This document shows, piece after piece, positions 1 to 7,443 of a DNA stretch of 30,170 nucleotides. How positions within the stretch are numbered: position 1 is the stretch's first letter; every line of letters starts with the position of its first letter. This stretch comes from Methanosarcinales archaeon (GTDB lineage: Archaea > Halobacteriota > Methanosarcinia > Methanosarcinales > Methanocomedenaceae): the NCBI GenBank assembly GCA_030638625.1, contig DAOWEE010000365.1, forward strand, positions 1-30,170, written 5' to 3'. A program made the position numbers and the translations under genes. Below the pieces are notes generated by a model. The model had not been told where the DNA came from. It was given only the letters and a program-made list of their open reading frames with translations, and searched no databases.

Positions 1-2
1 AC

Positions 3-980
3 GCATTCTGGGAGCACCTGCCCAATTTCGGTCCCCCTGCCAAGGATTACCGGTGGTGCTGCAAGGTCTGTAAACTTTCCCCTGCCGGCGGAATTGTGGA
101 AGAGGGGAAGTATTTGACCATGGACGGCAAGCGCAGGTATGAATCCTTCAGCCGCGCCCGTATTCCGCCAAAGGAGGAGAATACTCTGGTGCCTGGCCAG
201 GTGAATGTATATCCCATCCGCGACTGGCGTGCCATTGAGGTATGGCTGTATATCCACTGGCGGGGGCTGGAATATAATCCCCTGTACGATGAGGGGTTCG
301 AGCGGGTGGGGTGCTGGCTGTGTCCTGCGGCACTGGGTGCGGAATACCGGCGCATGCTTGAGTTACATCCTGACCTGTACCACAGGTGGGATACATTCCT
401 GCGGGACTGGGCCAAGGGGCGGGGGCTCCCTGCCGGGTATGTTGAGCATGGGTTCTGGCGCTGGCGTGAGCACCCTCCAAAGATGCGCCTGCTGGCCGAG
501 CAGCTGGGCATTGATGTTGTCCCGCGGGATGTAGGGAGTGAAACGTTCCAGATATCGGTGGTCTCAGGTGTCTCTCCCTGCAAGGCGGGTGGGTACAGTA
601 TCGAGGGGAGTGCCATGGGGGTCAGGCCGCTGGATGTAATGGATATGATGAAGATGGTGGGTGAGGTCCGTTATTCTGAGGACCTGGGTGTTCTGGTGGT
701 CCAGACCCGGGAGGGGAGTGTTAAGGTGTACTCAGATGGCACTTTTCAGGTCAATGGGGGGGACAGGGGGACGACTGAAGGGCTCTTTGAGATGGCGGCG
801 CGGCAGTTGATGAGGGCGGTGAAGTGTACAGGGTGCAGGATATGCGAGAAGGCATGTCCGAAAAATGCTATTTCTTTTGAGGATGGGCATTTGAGGGTTG
901 GGGATGGGTGTGATGGGTGCGGGAAGTGTGACGGGGTTTGTGTTGTTACACGGTATATGAGCGGGATTAGTAACCCGTGA
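3..980 (+). CDS. PAPS/APS reductase family protein with C-terminal 2x[4Fe-4S] ferredoxin domain (5'-truncated by window edge)
   Basis: The frame is open from position 3, upstream of the track's start at 96. It reads ...FGPPAKDYRWCCKVCKL...DGKRRYESFSR...YPIRDW...VWLYI...NPLYDEGFERVGCWLCP, carrying the CC...CXXC cluster motif of the family. The C-terminus has CTGCRICEKACP and CDGCGKCDGVC. Confidence 0.9.
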   Translation, partial: AFWEHLPNFGPPAKDYRWCCKVCKLSPAGGIVEEGKYLTMDGKRRYESFSRARIPPKEENTLVPGQVNVYPIRDWRAIEVWLYIHWRGLEYNPLYDEGFERVGCWLCPAALGAEYRRMLELHPDLYHRWDTFLRDWAKGRGLPAGYVEHGFWRWREHPPKMRLLAEQLGIDVVPRDVGSETFQISVVSGVSPCKAGGYSIEGSAMGVRPLDVMDMMKMVGEVRYSEDLGVLVVQTREGSVKVYSDGTFQVNGGDRGTTEGLFEMAARQLMRAVKCTGCRICEKACPKNAISFEDGHLRVGDGCDGCGKCDGVCVVTRYMSGISNP

Positions 981-1184
981 ACAGAAAAACTAATCATGCT
1001 CTGAAATAGATGAACCTGTAAAGGTAATGGCTGCAATCATCAATCAAATGGACACTTGCCGTTCAGATTTAATGGCAGATATTGATGCAAAGAGCATTTC
1101 CTGAACGATTTGGAGATTTCAGATAGACTTAAGGGAAATTGGGATTGCCAGAAAGATAAAAACGTAAAATAATCAGGGATAAAA

Positions 1185-1535
1185 ATGGAACTCAAAGAAA
1201 TTGAAAACAGATGCGATGAGATCGAATCGAAAAACGCTGACTTTGTAACCATTATAAGCAACATACTCGAAGAACTTGAAGATAAGGGTATTGAAATGGA
1301 AACGAAGAACACTGAACTTGTAAAGAGTATAAGTGGTATTCTCGAAGAGGTTGAAAAGGAATATAGAGAACTGGAAAAGAGAAACTCAGACATCGTGACA
1401 GTTTTAATCAGCATAATTGATGAAATGGATAAAAGCCGTTCGAGTATTAAAGAAGGTTATCACTGGAAAAGGTCATTCTTACGAGAATTGGATATATCAT
1501 CTTCGCTCGGCAAGGAACTAGATTCAAAGCAGTAA
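1185..1535 (+). CDS. Hypothetical acidic coiled-coil protein with three 25-aa repeats
   Basis: 116-aa ORF; an in-frame TAA at 1170-1172 fixes the ATG. Repeats are IESKNADFVTIISNILEELEDKGIE / METKNTELVKSISGILEEVEKEYRE / LEKRNSDIVTVLISIIDEMDKSRSS. Confidence 0.65.
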   Translation: MELKEIENRCDEIESKNADFVTIISNILEELEDKGIEMETKNTELVKSISGILEEVEKEYRELEKRNSDIVTVLISIIDEMDKSRSSIKEGYHWKRSFLRELDISSSLGKELDSKQ

Positions 1536-1570
1536 AAATAATAACAGTGATTTATGGTGTATTAAAATGA

Positions 1571-1655
1571 TGCGGGGGGAGGGATTCGAACCCTCGAACT
1601 CCTGCGAGACTAGGCCCTGAACCTAGCGCCTTTGACCTGGCTGGGCAACCCCCGC
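1571..1655 (-). tRNA. trnL: tRNA-Leu (anticodon CAG), CCA not encoded
   Basis: Minus strand reads GCGGGGGTTGCCCAGCCAGGTCAAAGGCG-CTAGG-TTCAGGG-CCTAG-TCTCGCAGGAGTTC-GAGGGTTCGAATCCCTC-CCCCCGCA. It shows an acceptor stem, an anticodon stem-loop with CAG, a long variable arm and a TTCGAAT T-loop. Confidence 0.97.
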
Positions 1656-1790
1656 ATTAGGGGTTTGTTTTCTGATTATTGTGCGCTTGAGCGTAGCGAA
1701 ACGCACACTTCGATTGAACCTTGTAAGGTTCAGCTGCGGCAACAACCGCATTGGGGTTTTTTTGTTATTGTGCTATTGAGCGAAGCGAAA
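1652..1790. repeat. Imperfect ~45-50 bp direct repeat in the rpoD-tRNA spacer
   Basis: 1652-1701 ccgcattaggggtttgttttctgattattgtgcgcttgagcgtagcgaaa versus 1746-1790 ccgcattggggtttttttgttattgtgctattgagcgaagcgaaa. A perfect palindrome TGAACCTT-GT-AAGGTTCA (1715-1732) lies between the copies. Confidence 0.65.
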
Positions 1791-1798
1791 TTAATGCC

Positions 1799-1830
1799 AA
1801 AGAGAAAACACGTGGGGTTAACCCCCCACG
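1799..1830 (-). terminator. Hairpin plus T-rich tract immediately after the rpoD stop (possible terminator or processing signal)
   Basis: Minus strand CGTGGGG-GGTTAA-CCCCACG followed by TGTTTTCTCTTT, 2 nt after the rpoD TGA. Confidence 0.45.
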
Positions 1831-1832
1831 GT

Positions 1833-2624
1833 TCATTCTATGGATTCAAGTATCTCGTTTAACTCTCTTGCCTTCTCAATAATGGTATCAGCACCCTGGA
1901 TTACCAGTTCCCTGGCGGGGTATGACCCATCAGACTCAGCAGTGAATACGTACGTACTTACATCTTCATCCACAGTGATGGCATTGATATCACAAGCATC
2001 CACACAAAGTTTACACAGGATACATTGCAGAGGGTCCTTGACAATCACCGCATTGCTTTCTATACTCAGTATCTCCCTGGGACACTCCTCTACACACTTA
2101 CCGCATGCATCACAGTCCTTATCGAATGTGAACACAGGCATGTTCTTATAACCACATGCCACACCTGCCTGGTATTTGACATGCTTGCGCCCGGTCCCAA
2201 GTTTGGCAACGGCCTCAAGCACCAGCTTCTGGCGTTCTTTCAATTCAACAATAGGAATCTTCTTATCAGCCGCAGAGACATTAGGGTCACTGGACTGGAT
2301 ATCACCTGAATATACCATACTAGGACCTTCTGCACTCAAGGTCAGGGTAAGCTGGCATTTAGTGCAGCCCTCGCCCTGACAGTCGCACTCCTCTGGCAGC
2401 ACGTACGAGTCCAGGTCAGTGATGATGGGAATAAGTCCCATACGCAGACCCAGCTGTTCATCGAACAGCACTGACGTGTTGTCGTAGATGTTAATGTAAT
2501 CTATTGCCATTGTCGGGACTTCTGATAGCATACTCTTACGCAGCCCGTTGGCAACAGCAGGATTTACACCTTTTAATACGAACCTGGCTTTGTCATCTGA
2601 TAGCTCTATAATATCGATTTCCAT
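1833..2624 (-). CDS. rpoD: DNA-directed RNA polymerase subunit D (Rpo3) with 2x[4Fe-4S] ferredoxin-like insert
   Basis: MEIDIIELSDDKARFVL...ANGLRKSMLSEVPTMAID...NTSVLFDEQLGLRMGLIP, with insert CDACGKCVEECP / CILCKLCVDACD. It follows rps11. Start placed at ATG 2624 behind a GTGAGGTTGAGG RBS; the track extends it to GTG 2636. Confidence 0.97.
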   Translation of the reverse strand: MEIDIIELSDDKARFVLKGVNPAVANGLRKSMLSEVPTMAIDYINIYDNTSVLFDEQLGLRMGLIPIITDLDSYVLPEECDCQGEGCTKCQLTLTLSAEGPSMVYSGDIQSSDPNVSAADKKIPIVELKERQKLVLEAVAKLGTGRKHVKYQAGVACGYKNMPVFTFDKDCDACGKCVEECPREILSIESNAVIVKDPLQCILCKLCVDACDINAITVDEDVSTYVFTAESDGSYPARELVIQGADTIIEKARELNEILESIE

Positions 2625-2636
2625 CCTCAACCTCAC

Positions 2637-3026
2637 TTATACTCTTCTGCCCCTGCGTCCGCCTTTGGCCTGGGTACCGTCGTGTGGTATTGGTGTAACA
2701 TCTTCAATCCGGCCTATCCTGATACCAGCCCTGGCAAAAGCCCGAATGGCTGCCTGAGCTCCCGGACCCGGACTTCTCTGTTTATTACCACCCGGTGCCC
2801 TGACCTTGACATGGATACCCAATATACCCTTGTCAATGAGCTTTTCAGCCAGCTGGTTCGCCATCTGCATAGCAGTATAAGGAGAACTCTCATCCCTGGC
2901 TGCCTTGACCACCATACCACCACTTATCTTGGCGATGGTCTCAGCTCCGGTCACGTCGGTAATGGTGATTATGGTGTTGTTGAATGATGCTTGTATATGG
3001 GCAACTCCCCATTTTCCGTCTGTCAT
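2637..3026 (-). CDS. rps11: 30S ribosomal protein uS11
   Basis: [25 protein letters not shown]...[11 protein letters not shown]...[32 protein letters not shown]. Start at ATG 3026 (MTDGKW); the track's start is 3041. Confidence 0.98.
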   Translation of the reverse strand: MTDGKWGVAHIQASFNNTIITITDVTGAETIAKISGGMVVKAARDESSPYTAMQMANQLAEKLIDKGILGIHVKVRAPGGNKQRSPGPGAQAAIRAFARAGIRIGRIEDVTPIPHDGTQAKGGRRGRRV

Positions 3027-3057
3027 AATCTCATACTCCAAATAATTATATTACGGC

Positions 3058-3663
3058 TTATTTGCGACCTCTTCGCCTGCCGCCTCTGCGCTCATCCTGC
3101 ACTTCCTTGATCTGTTGGATCTCGCGCTTGACAATCTCCACCGGACGTTCCGGATGATTTTCCTTTTGCATTGGTGAGTTCACATAATAACCTATATTCA
3201 GTTCCTCATCTTTCGTCACCACATAACTTGGAATTGTGATCTTCTTATCGCCCACCGTGATGTGGCCGTGTGTGATGAACTGGCGTGCCTGTTTCAAGCT
3301 GTTGGCAAAACCCTGCCTGTACACCTGGGTCTGGAGCCTGCGGTCCAGGAAACTCTTGGTGTCCAGTGTCAGGATATTATCAAGGTCAGCGTCTGCTGGA
3401 AGTATACCATATCGCTTGAGCTTGTTCAAGATATCTTCGCTCATCTGTTGTTTATGGCCAGTCAATTCGCCCTCTGTAGTCTCTGCCAGCAGTTTCATGG
3501 CTGACCGGCGGTAATTTCGAAGCAAACTCTGAGCTTTCCATACCTCACGTTTATTTCTCAGCCCGTATGACTTCAAATATTCAAGTTCTTCCGTCATCCT
3601 GACAGATTGCCATGGATGCTTTGGAGTCTCATATGATTTAGTGTTCTTACCTGGATATCCCAT
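3058..3663 (-). CDS. rps4: 30S ribosomal protein uS4
   Basis: MGYPGK...YETPKHPW...YGLRNKREVWK...RRLQTQVYRQGFANSLKQARQFITHGHI (S4 RNA-binding motif). Start at ATG 3663 behind a GGTGA RBS. Confidence 0.98.
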   Translation of the reverse strand: MGYPGKNTKSYETPKHPWQSVRMTEELEYLKSYGLRNKREVWKAQSLLRNYRRSAMKLLAETTEGELTGHKQQMSEDILNKLKRYGILPADADLDNILTLDTKSFLDRRLQTQVYRQGFANSLKQARQFITHGHITVGDKKITIPSYVVTKDEELNIGYYVNSPMQKENHPERPVEIVKREIQQIKEVQDERRGGRRRGRK

Positions 3664-3675
3664 GACTCTCACCGC

Positions 3676-4146
3676 CTATCGTGATTTCCTCTTAACGCCT
3701 ACACTAAGTCCCTTTCTGCCAGTGGACCGGGTTCTCTGACCCCTAACCTTGTGCCCACGGTCGTGCCTGACACCTTTATAGGAACGAGTCTTTTTAATGG
3801 TGTTCAGGTCTTCCAGTTTAATGAGCATTACATCAGTGCCGACAATATGCTTATCCTCACCAGTCATAATATCCTTCCGCCTGTTCAACATCCATACAGG
3901 CAGGATATTTTCAATATCGTCAATAGTCTTTTTCATGGCATCGATCTGGTCATCTTCCAGATATCCAATGGTTGCCTTTGGGTCCACGCCGGATACGTCA
4001 GAAATAATGCGCGCTGAACGTCGATTTATGCCCTTTATGCCAGTCAATGAATACTGTACGCTCTTTTTTCCTTCAAGATCAGTATTGGCGATACGTACAA
4101 TATGTCTAATTTCATCTGCTTCAGTATTATCTTTCTTCTTTGCCAT
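3676..4146 (-). CDS. rps13: 30S ribosomal protein uS13
   Basis: IRHIVRIANTDLEGKK...LTGIKGI...WMLNRRKD...SYKGVRH..GHKVRGQRTRSTGR, with a GGAGG RBS upstream. Confidence 0.98.
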   Translation of the reverse strand: MAKKKDNTEADEIRHIVRIANTDLEGKKSVQYSLTGIKGINRRSARIISDVSGVDPKATIGYLEDDQIDAMKKTIDDIENILPVWMLNRRKDIMTGEDKHIVGTDVMLIKLEDLNTIKKTRSYKGVRHDRGHKVRGQRTRSTGRKGLSVGVKRKSR

Positions 4147-4245
4147 ATATTATCCTCCGATAGGAACCTTTTTCCCATAGCCCCGGACCATTTGTCCGGC
4201 GCCACCCTATGTATTATGGGTGCGGTGTTCGGAATACACCCCATA
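4147..4245 (-). promoter_or_regulatory. Hairpin-rich putative 5' leader of the rps13 operon
   Basis: Minus-strand stems are GGTGT/ACACC, CACCC/GGGTG, CCGGAC-AAATG-GTCCGG (4183-4199) and ATGGGAA-AAAGG-TTCCTAT. The last lies directly before the GGAGG RBS. Confidence 0.4.
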
Positions 4246-4255
4246 GATGCATTGC

Positions 4256-4272
4256 TACTTAAAAAACCTTGT
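4256..4272 (-). promoter_or_regulatory. Putative BRE/TATA promoter for the rps13-rps4-rps11-rpoD operon
   Basis: Minus strand ACAAGG-TTTTTTAAGTA, about 110 nt upstream of the rps13 ATG. The same ACAAGG element precedes TATA-like boxes at 5446 and 14188. Confidence 0.5.
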
Positions 4273-4344
4273 GCAACTTTCAGGCGAAATAATTTCGGGA
4301 TACTACACAACCTTCAATGAATGACCAACAGTAAATTGTCCCAA

Positions 4345-5364
4345 TCATTCCGGCTGTACTATCCAGCATTGGGAATCACCCGCAAGGATGTCATCATTTG
4401 CAAATGCCCTGCATCTTGCACCCCCACATTCATCCTTCATCAAACAATTCCCACAAGTGCCTTTCAGGTTCTTACGGTCCCTGAGTTCATTTAATACATC
4501 AGACGTGTTCCAAATTTCCTCAAAACTTTGTTCCCTTACATTTCCAGCAGATTTTGACAGAAGCATGCACGGAAACACAGTACCATCGTTGAAGATACAG
4601 GCAATGGTGTTTCCTGCACCACAACAACTGCCGCTTCGGTGATAATTATCACTTTTACCACCTTTTTTGAGCAATATATCAAATTGTGGTACACCAATCA
4701 TTCTAACTGGCATATCAATTGAAGTCAATCGAAGCATCTCATCGACCACTTGCTGCCGAATCTGTGCATCCAGTTCATACTCATAACTCCCGCGCCCGGT
4801 CTTTACGAATTCAAAAGCCTCAATTCCCACAGCGCCCATATTTCTGGCAATGTTTAGCAGGTCAGATAGTTCATGATAGTTCTTTTTATGTATGCAGGGA
4901 TTTACCTGGAATGGTATCCCTTCGTCCCTCAGGTATCCAATCCCTCGTATTGCGTCATCAAAACATCCATTCACACATCTAAAACTATCATGGGTCTTTG
5001 CATTGGCACCATCAAGACTGACTGCGCACATCTTGAGGCCTGCATTTTTAAGGTCCTTAACCAGCTTTCTTGTTAAGGTAGTCCCGTTAGTACCCAGGAC
5101 CGGGATAAGCCCGATATCTTTAGCATGTTTTATCAGCCTCAGCAGGTCAGACCTGAGGGTAGGTTCTCCGCCATCGAAAATAATTAGTTTTGTACCCGCC
5201 TTTTTTACCTGACTAATAATCTGCAAAGCCTCCTCGGTAGACAGTTCGTTCAAGCCAGGATATGCCGAAGACCTGCTGTAACAGTGTTTGCATTTAAGGT
5301 TACACTGCTGTGTAATAGAAAAAGTGACTAGGATTGGAGGGGGTAATGCTATTTTTGCAGGCAT
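4345..5364 (-). CDS. Radical SAM/SPASM-domain protein (NirJ/AhbC/AhbD/PqqE-like)
   Basis: CX3CX2C motif TQQCNLKCKHCYS, then GGEPTLR and GTNGT. The C-terminal SPASM region reads SCCGAG...GTVFPC...GNVREQSFEEIW...CGNC...ECGGARCRA. Confidence 0.88.
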   Translation of the reverse strand: MPAKIALPPPILVTFSITQQCNLKCKHCYSRSSAYPGLNELSTEEALQIISQVKKAGTKLIIFDGGEPTLRSDLLRLIKHAKDIGLIPVLGTNGTTLTRKLVKDLKNAGLKMCAVSLDGANAKTHDSFRCVNGCFDDAIRGIGYLRDEGIPFQVNPCIHKKNYHELSDLLNIARNMGAVGIEAFEFVKTGRGSYEYELDAQIRQQVVDEMLRLTSIDMPVRMIGVPQFDILLKKGGKSDNYHRSGSCCGAGNTIACIFNDGTVFPCMLLSKSAGNVREQSFEEIWNTSDVLNELRDRKNLKGTCGNCLMKDECGGARCRAFANDDILAGDSQCWIVQPE

Positions 5365-5445
5365 GATTTTTTGTTAAAATGTTTTTATGTGAATATTATA
5401 TATGTATTTTAATATGTTTCACTCCCTTCAACCAGTCACATTATT

Positions 5446-5462
5446 ACAAGGACTTTATTATT
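5446..5462 (+). promoter_or_regulatory. Putative BRE/TATA promoter for ccmF
   Basis: ACAAGG-ACTTTATTATT in the AT-rich 150-bp divergent spacer between the radical SAM gene and ccmF. Confidence 0.35.
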
Positions 5463-5514
5463 AGATTATAATATAAGTAATATGGGATATTATTTGACGG
5501 AGCTATAAAATAAA

Positions 5515-7443
5515 ATGTTCAGACTCGGTGATTATCTTCTGTTTTCCAGTTTTATAGTATCAATAATAATCCTTTTTGACCATTTCTTCCTGAAACGAAA
5601 CCTTACATTACGGCTTCTTTACCTTGTGGTTTCACTGTTAAGTCTTGCCATAGTTCTTATTACCTACTATTTTATTACAGGGGATTTTACAGTCTACTAT
5701 GTCTGGCTCTACAGCAATACAGCGACTCCATTCATCTACCGGGTCGCAGGAGTCTGGTCCGGACAGGAAGGCACGTTCTTGCTATGGGTATGGATAATAT
5801 TTATCTCACTTCTATGGACTGCCAGGAAATACCAGACCGATGACGAATTTATAAAAAAAACCCTGATTGTAGGAGTATTGATGGGGACATTCTTCCTGAT
5901 ATTATCAATTAATGCTTCACCTTTTAAATCCATATATGATTACAAATATTTCTACCAGGGCATGGACATCTCAGACGGCAATGGACTTGACCCCATCCTG
6001 CTTAATTTCTGGAACACCATCCACCCACCTATGACCTTCATAGCATATTCTCTCTTAACCATGCCTTTTGCATACTCCATTGCACAAATGTGGCACCAAG
6101 ACCGACGCTGGGTATCGTTATCCTTGCCCTGGCTTCGGCTTTCATGGCTTTTTTTTGCAGTAGGTGTAGGACTCATCGGCGGACTCTGGACTTATGAAGC
6201 TGGCTGGAGTATATGGGCATGGGACCCGGTTCAAACTGTTTCGATAATTCCTATGTTTGTCATTACTGCTGTTTTGCATGCCGCCTCTCGTAAGCAGAAT
6301 CCCATGTTCGACAAACTCCTGCCAATTATTACATCAGCGTCCCTTGTCCTGGTGATACTTGCCACCTTCATTACCAGAAGTGGAATGTGGGGTTCAGTTC
6401 ATGAGTTCACTCAAACATCTAACAATATCCTGCTAATAGGGGCCCTGGTTCTGATGACTGTGGCAGTAATATATCTTTCAATAAAAAAATGGCCAAACCC
6501 CTCTTACACCAAATTTGCTAAAGGAGACAACTGGTTCATATATTCAGTAGCTGTATTCCTAATATTTACTCTGGTATTATTAATCGGCCTATTGCTGCCA
6601 GTATTAGTTTCACCCGATTTAACCATCACACCGGATTTCTTTAACCTCTGGTGCTATCCACTGGTCATATTATTGTTTGTTTTACTGGGTATATGCAACC
6701 TTTACGGCATAATTAGTCAACAGGTTATGCAAAGATTATTGATTATAACTTTATTGACATCATGTATACTGGCTTTCATTGTCCCTTCAGCGGATTTCCA
6801 GTTCATTTTAACCAGTAATGGTCAGGCAACTTCCATCTTCACCAGTCTTGGAACTCATTTCTCTATATTGGGTATGGTACCTGCTGTCGTATTTGCTTCA
6901 GGTGGCATTTTCAAACGAATAAAGCATGATATCGGATATGGAATAACTGCCCGCCAATTTGGAATACATCTCATTCATTTTGGCATAATACTGGCACTAA
7001 TAGGTGGAGTTATAAGTACCCAGTTCCAGGAAAAATATACCCTTGAATTCAACATGAATGAAATCGGGCAGGTAAGGCAAAATGCGGGTGAATTTTCAGT
7101 ATCAACATCCCATTTCATAGTGAATGAAGGAGAAAAGGACAGTTGGGTACAGACGGCTACCTTTGATATCTATAAAGACGGTAGAATGATAGGTTCAAAG
7201 GATGCAATTTACATGCGGGATATAGGGGGAGTAGAGTATACCCTCCCTTCAATTATAAGGGGCCTTTCCAAAGATATCAAAATCGAATATCACGGATTGA
7301 CTCCAAAAAAGAATGAGCCACCCACTATACCTGTTACTATTAAAGTGGTCCCATTTATCAATCTGTTATGGGTGGGTATGGCGGCTATTGGTCTGGGTGC
7401 ATTTATCGTTTTTTCTTACCCAGGTAAACCAGGAATCCGATAA
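5515..7443 (+). CDS. ccmF: Cytochrome c biogenesis heme lyase CcmF (System I), divergent WWD motif
   Basis: 642-aa polytopic membrane protein with YYVWLYS, WSGQEGTFLLW, NGLDPILLNFWNTIHPP, a WWD-like WTYEAGWSIWAWDPVQT, and TFITRSGMWGSVHEF. Confidence 0.93.
   Translation: MFRLGDYLLFSSFIVSIIILFDHFFLKRNLTLRLLYLVVSLLSLAIVLITYYFITGDFTVYYVWLYSNTATPFIYRVAGVWSGQEGTFLLWVWIIFISLLWTARKYQTDDEFIKKTLIVGVLMGTFFLILSINASPFKSIYDYKYFYQGMDISDGNGLDPILLNFWNTIHPPMTFIAYSLLTMPFAYSIAQMWHQDRRWVSLSLPWLRLSWLFFAVGVGLIGGLWTYEAGWSIWAWDPVQTVSIIPMFVITAVLHAASRKQNPMFDKLLPIITSASLVLVILATFITRSGMWGSVHEFTQTSNNILLIGALVLMTVAVIYLSIKKWPNPSYTKFAKGDNWFIYSVAVFLIFTLVLLIGLLLPVLVSPDLTITPDFFNLWCYPLVILLFVLLGICNLYGIISQQVMQRLLIITLLTSCILAFIVPSADFQFILTSNGQATSIFTSLGTHFSILGMVPAVVFASGGIFKRIKHDIGYGITARQFGIHLIHFGIILALIGGVISTQFQEKYTLEFNMNEIGQVRQNAGEFSVSTSHFIVNEGEKDSWVQTATFDIYKDGRMIGSKDAIYMRDIGGVEYTLPSIIRGLSKDIKIEYHGLTPKKNEPPTIPVTIKVVPFINLLWVGMAAIGLGAFIVFSYPGKPGIR

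Noticed and set aside
47-1036. Alternative ORFs 47-616, 148-480, 205-534 and 746-1036
   Set aside because: They overlap the PAPS-reductase-family gene and have no recognisable motifs.
1040-1414. 124-aa minus-strand ORF
   Set aside because: Ser/Phe/Leu-rich antisense shadow of the Glu/Lys-rich coiled-coil ORF 1185-1535.
1536-1832. Integrated mobile element at tRNA-Leu
   Set aside because: No integrase, transposase or duplicated tRNA 3' end (att site) is visible. Only a 5'-side partial duplication was found, reported as a finding.
4044-4320. Small ORFs and a possible tRNA-Ser upstream of rps13
   Set aside because: A tRNA-Ser precedes rps13 in some euryarchaea, but there is no cloverleaf or T-loop here. 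The ORFs overlap the rps13 start and promoter and lack motifs.
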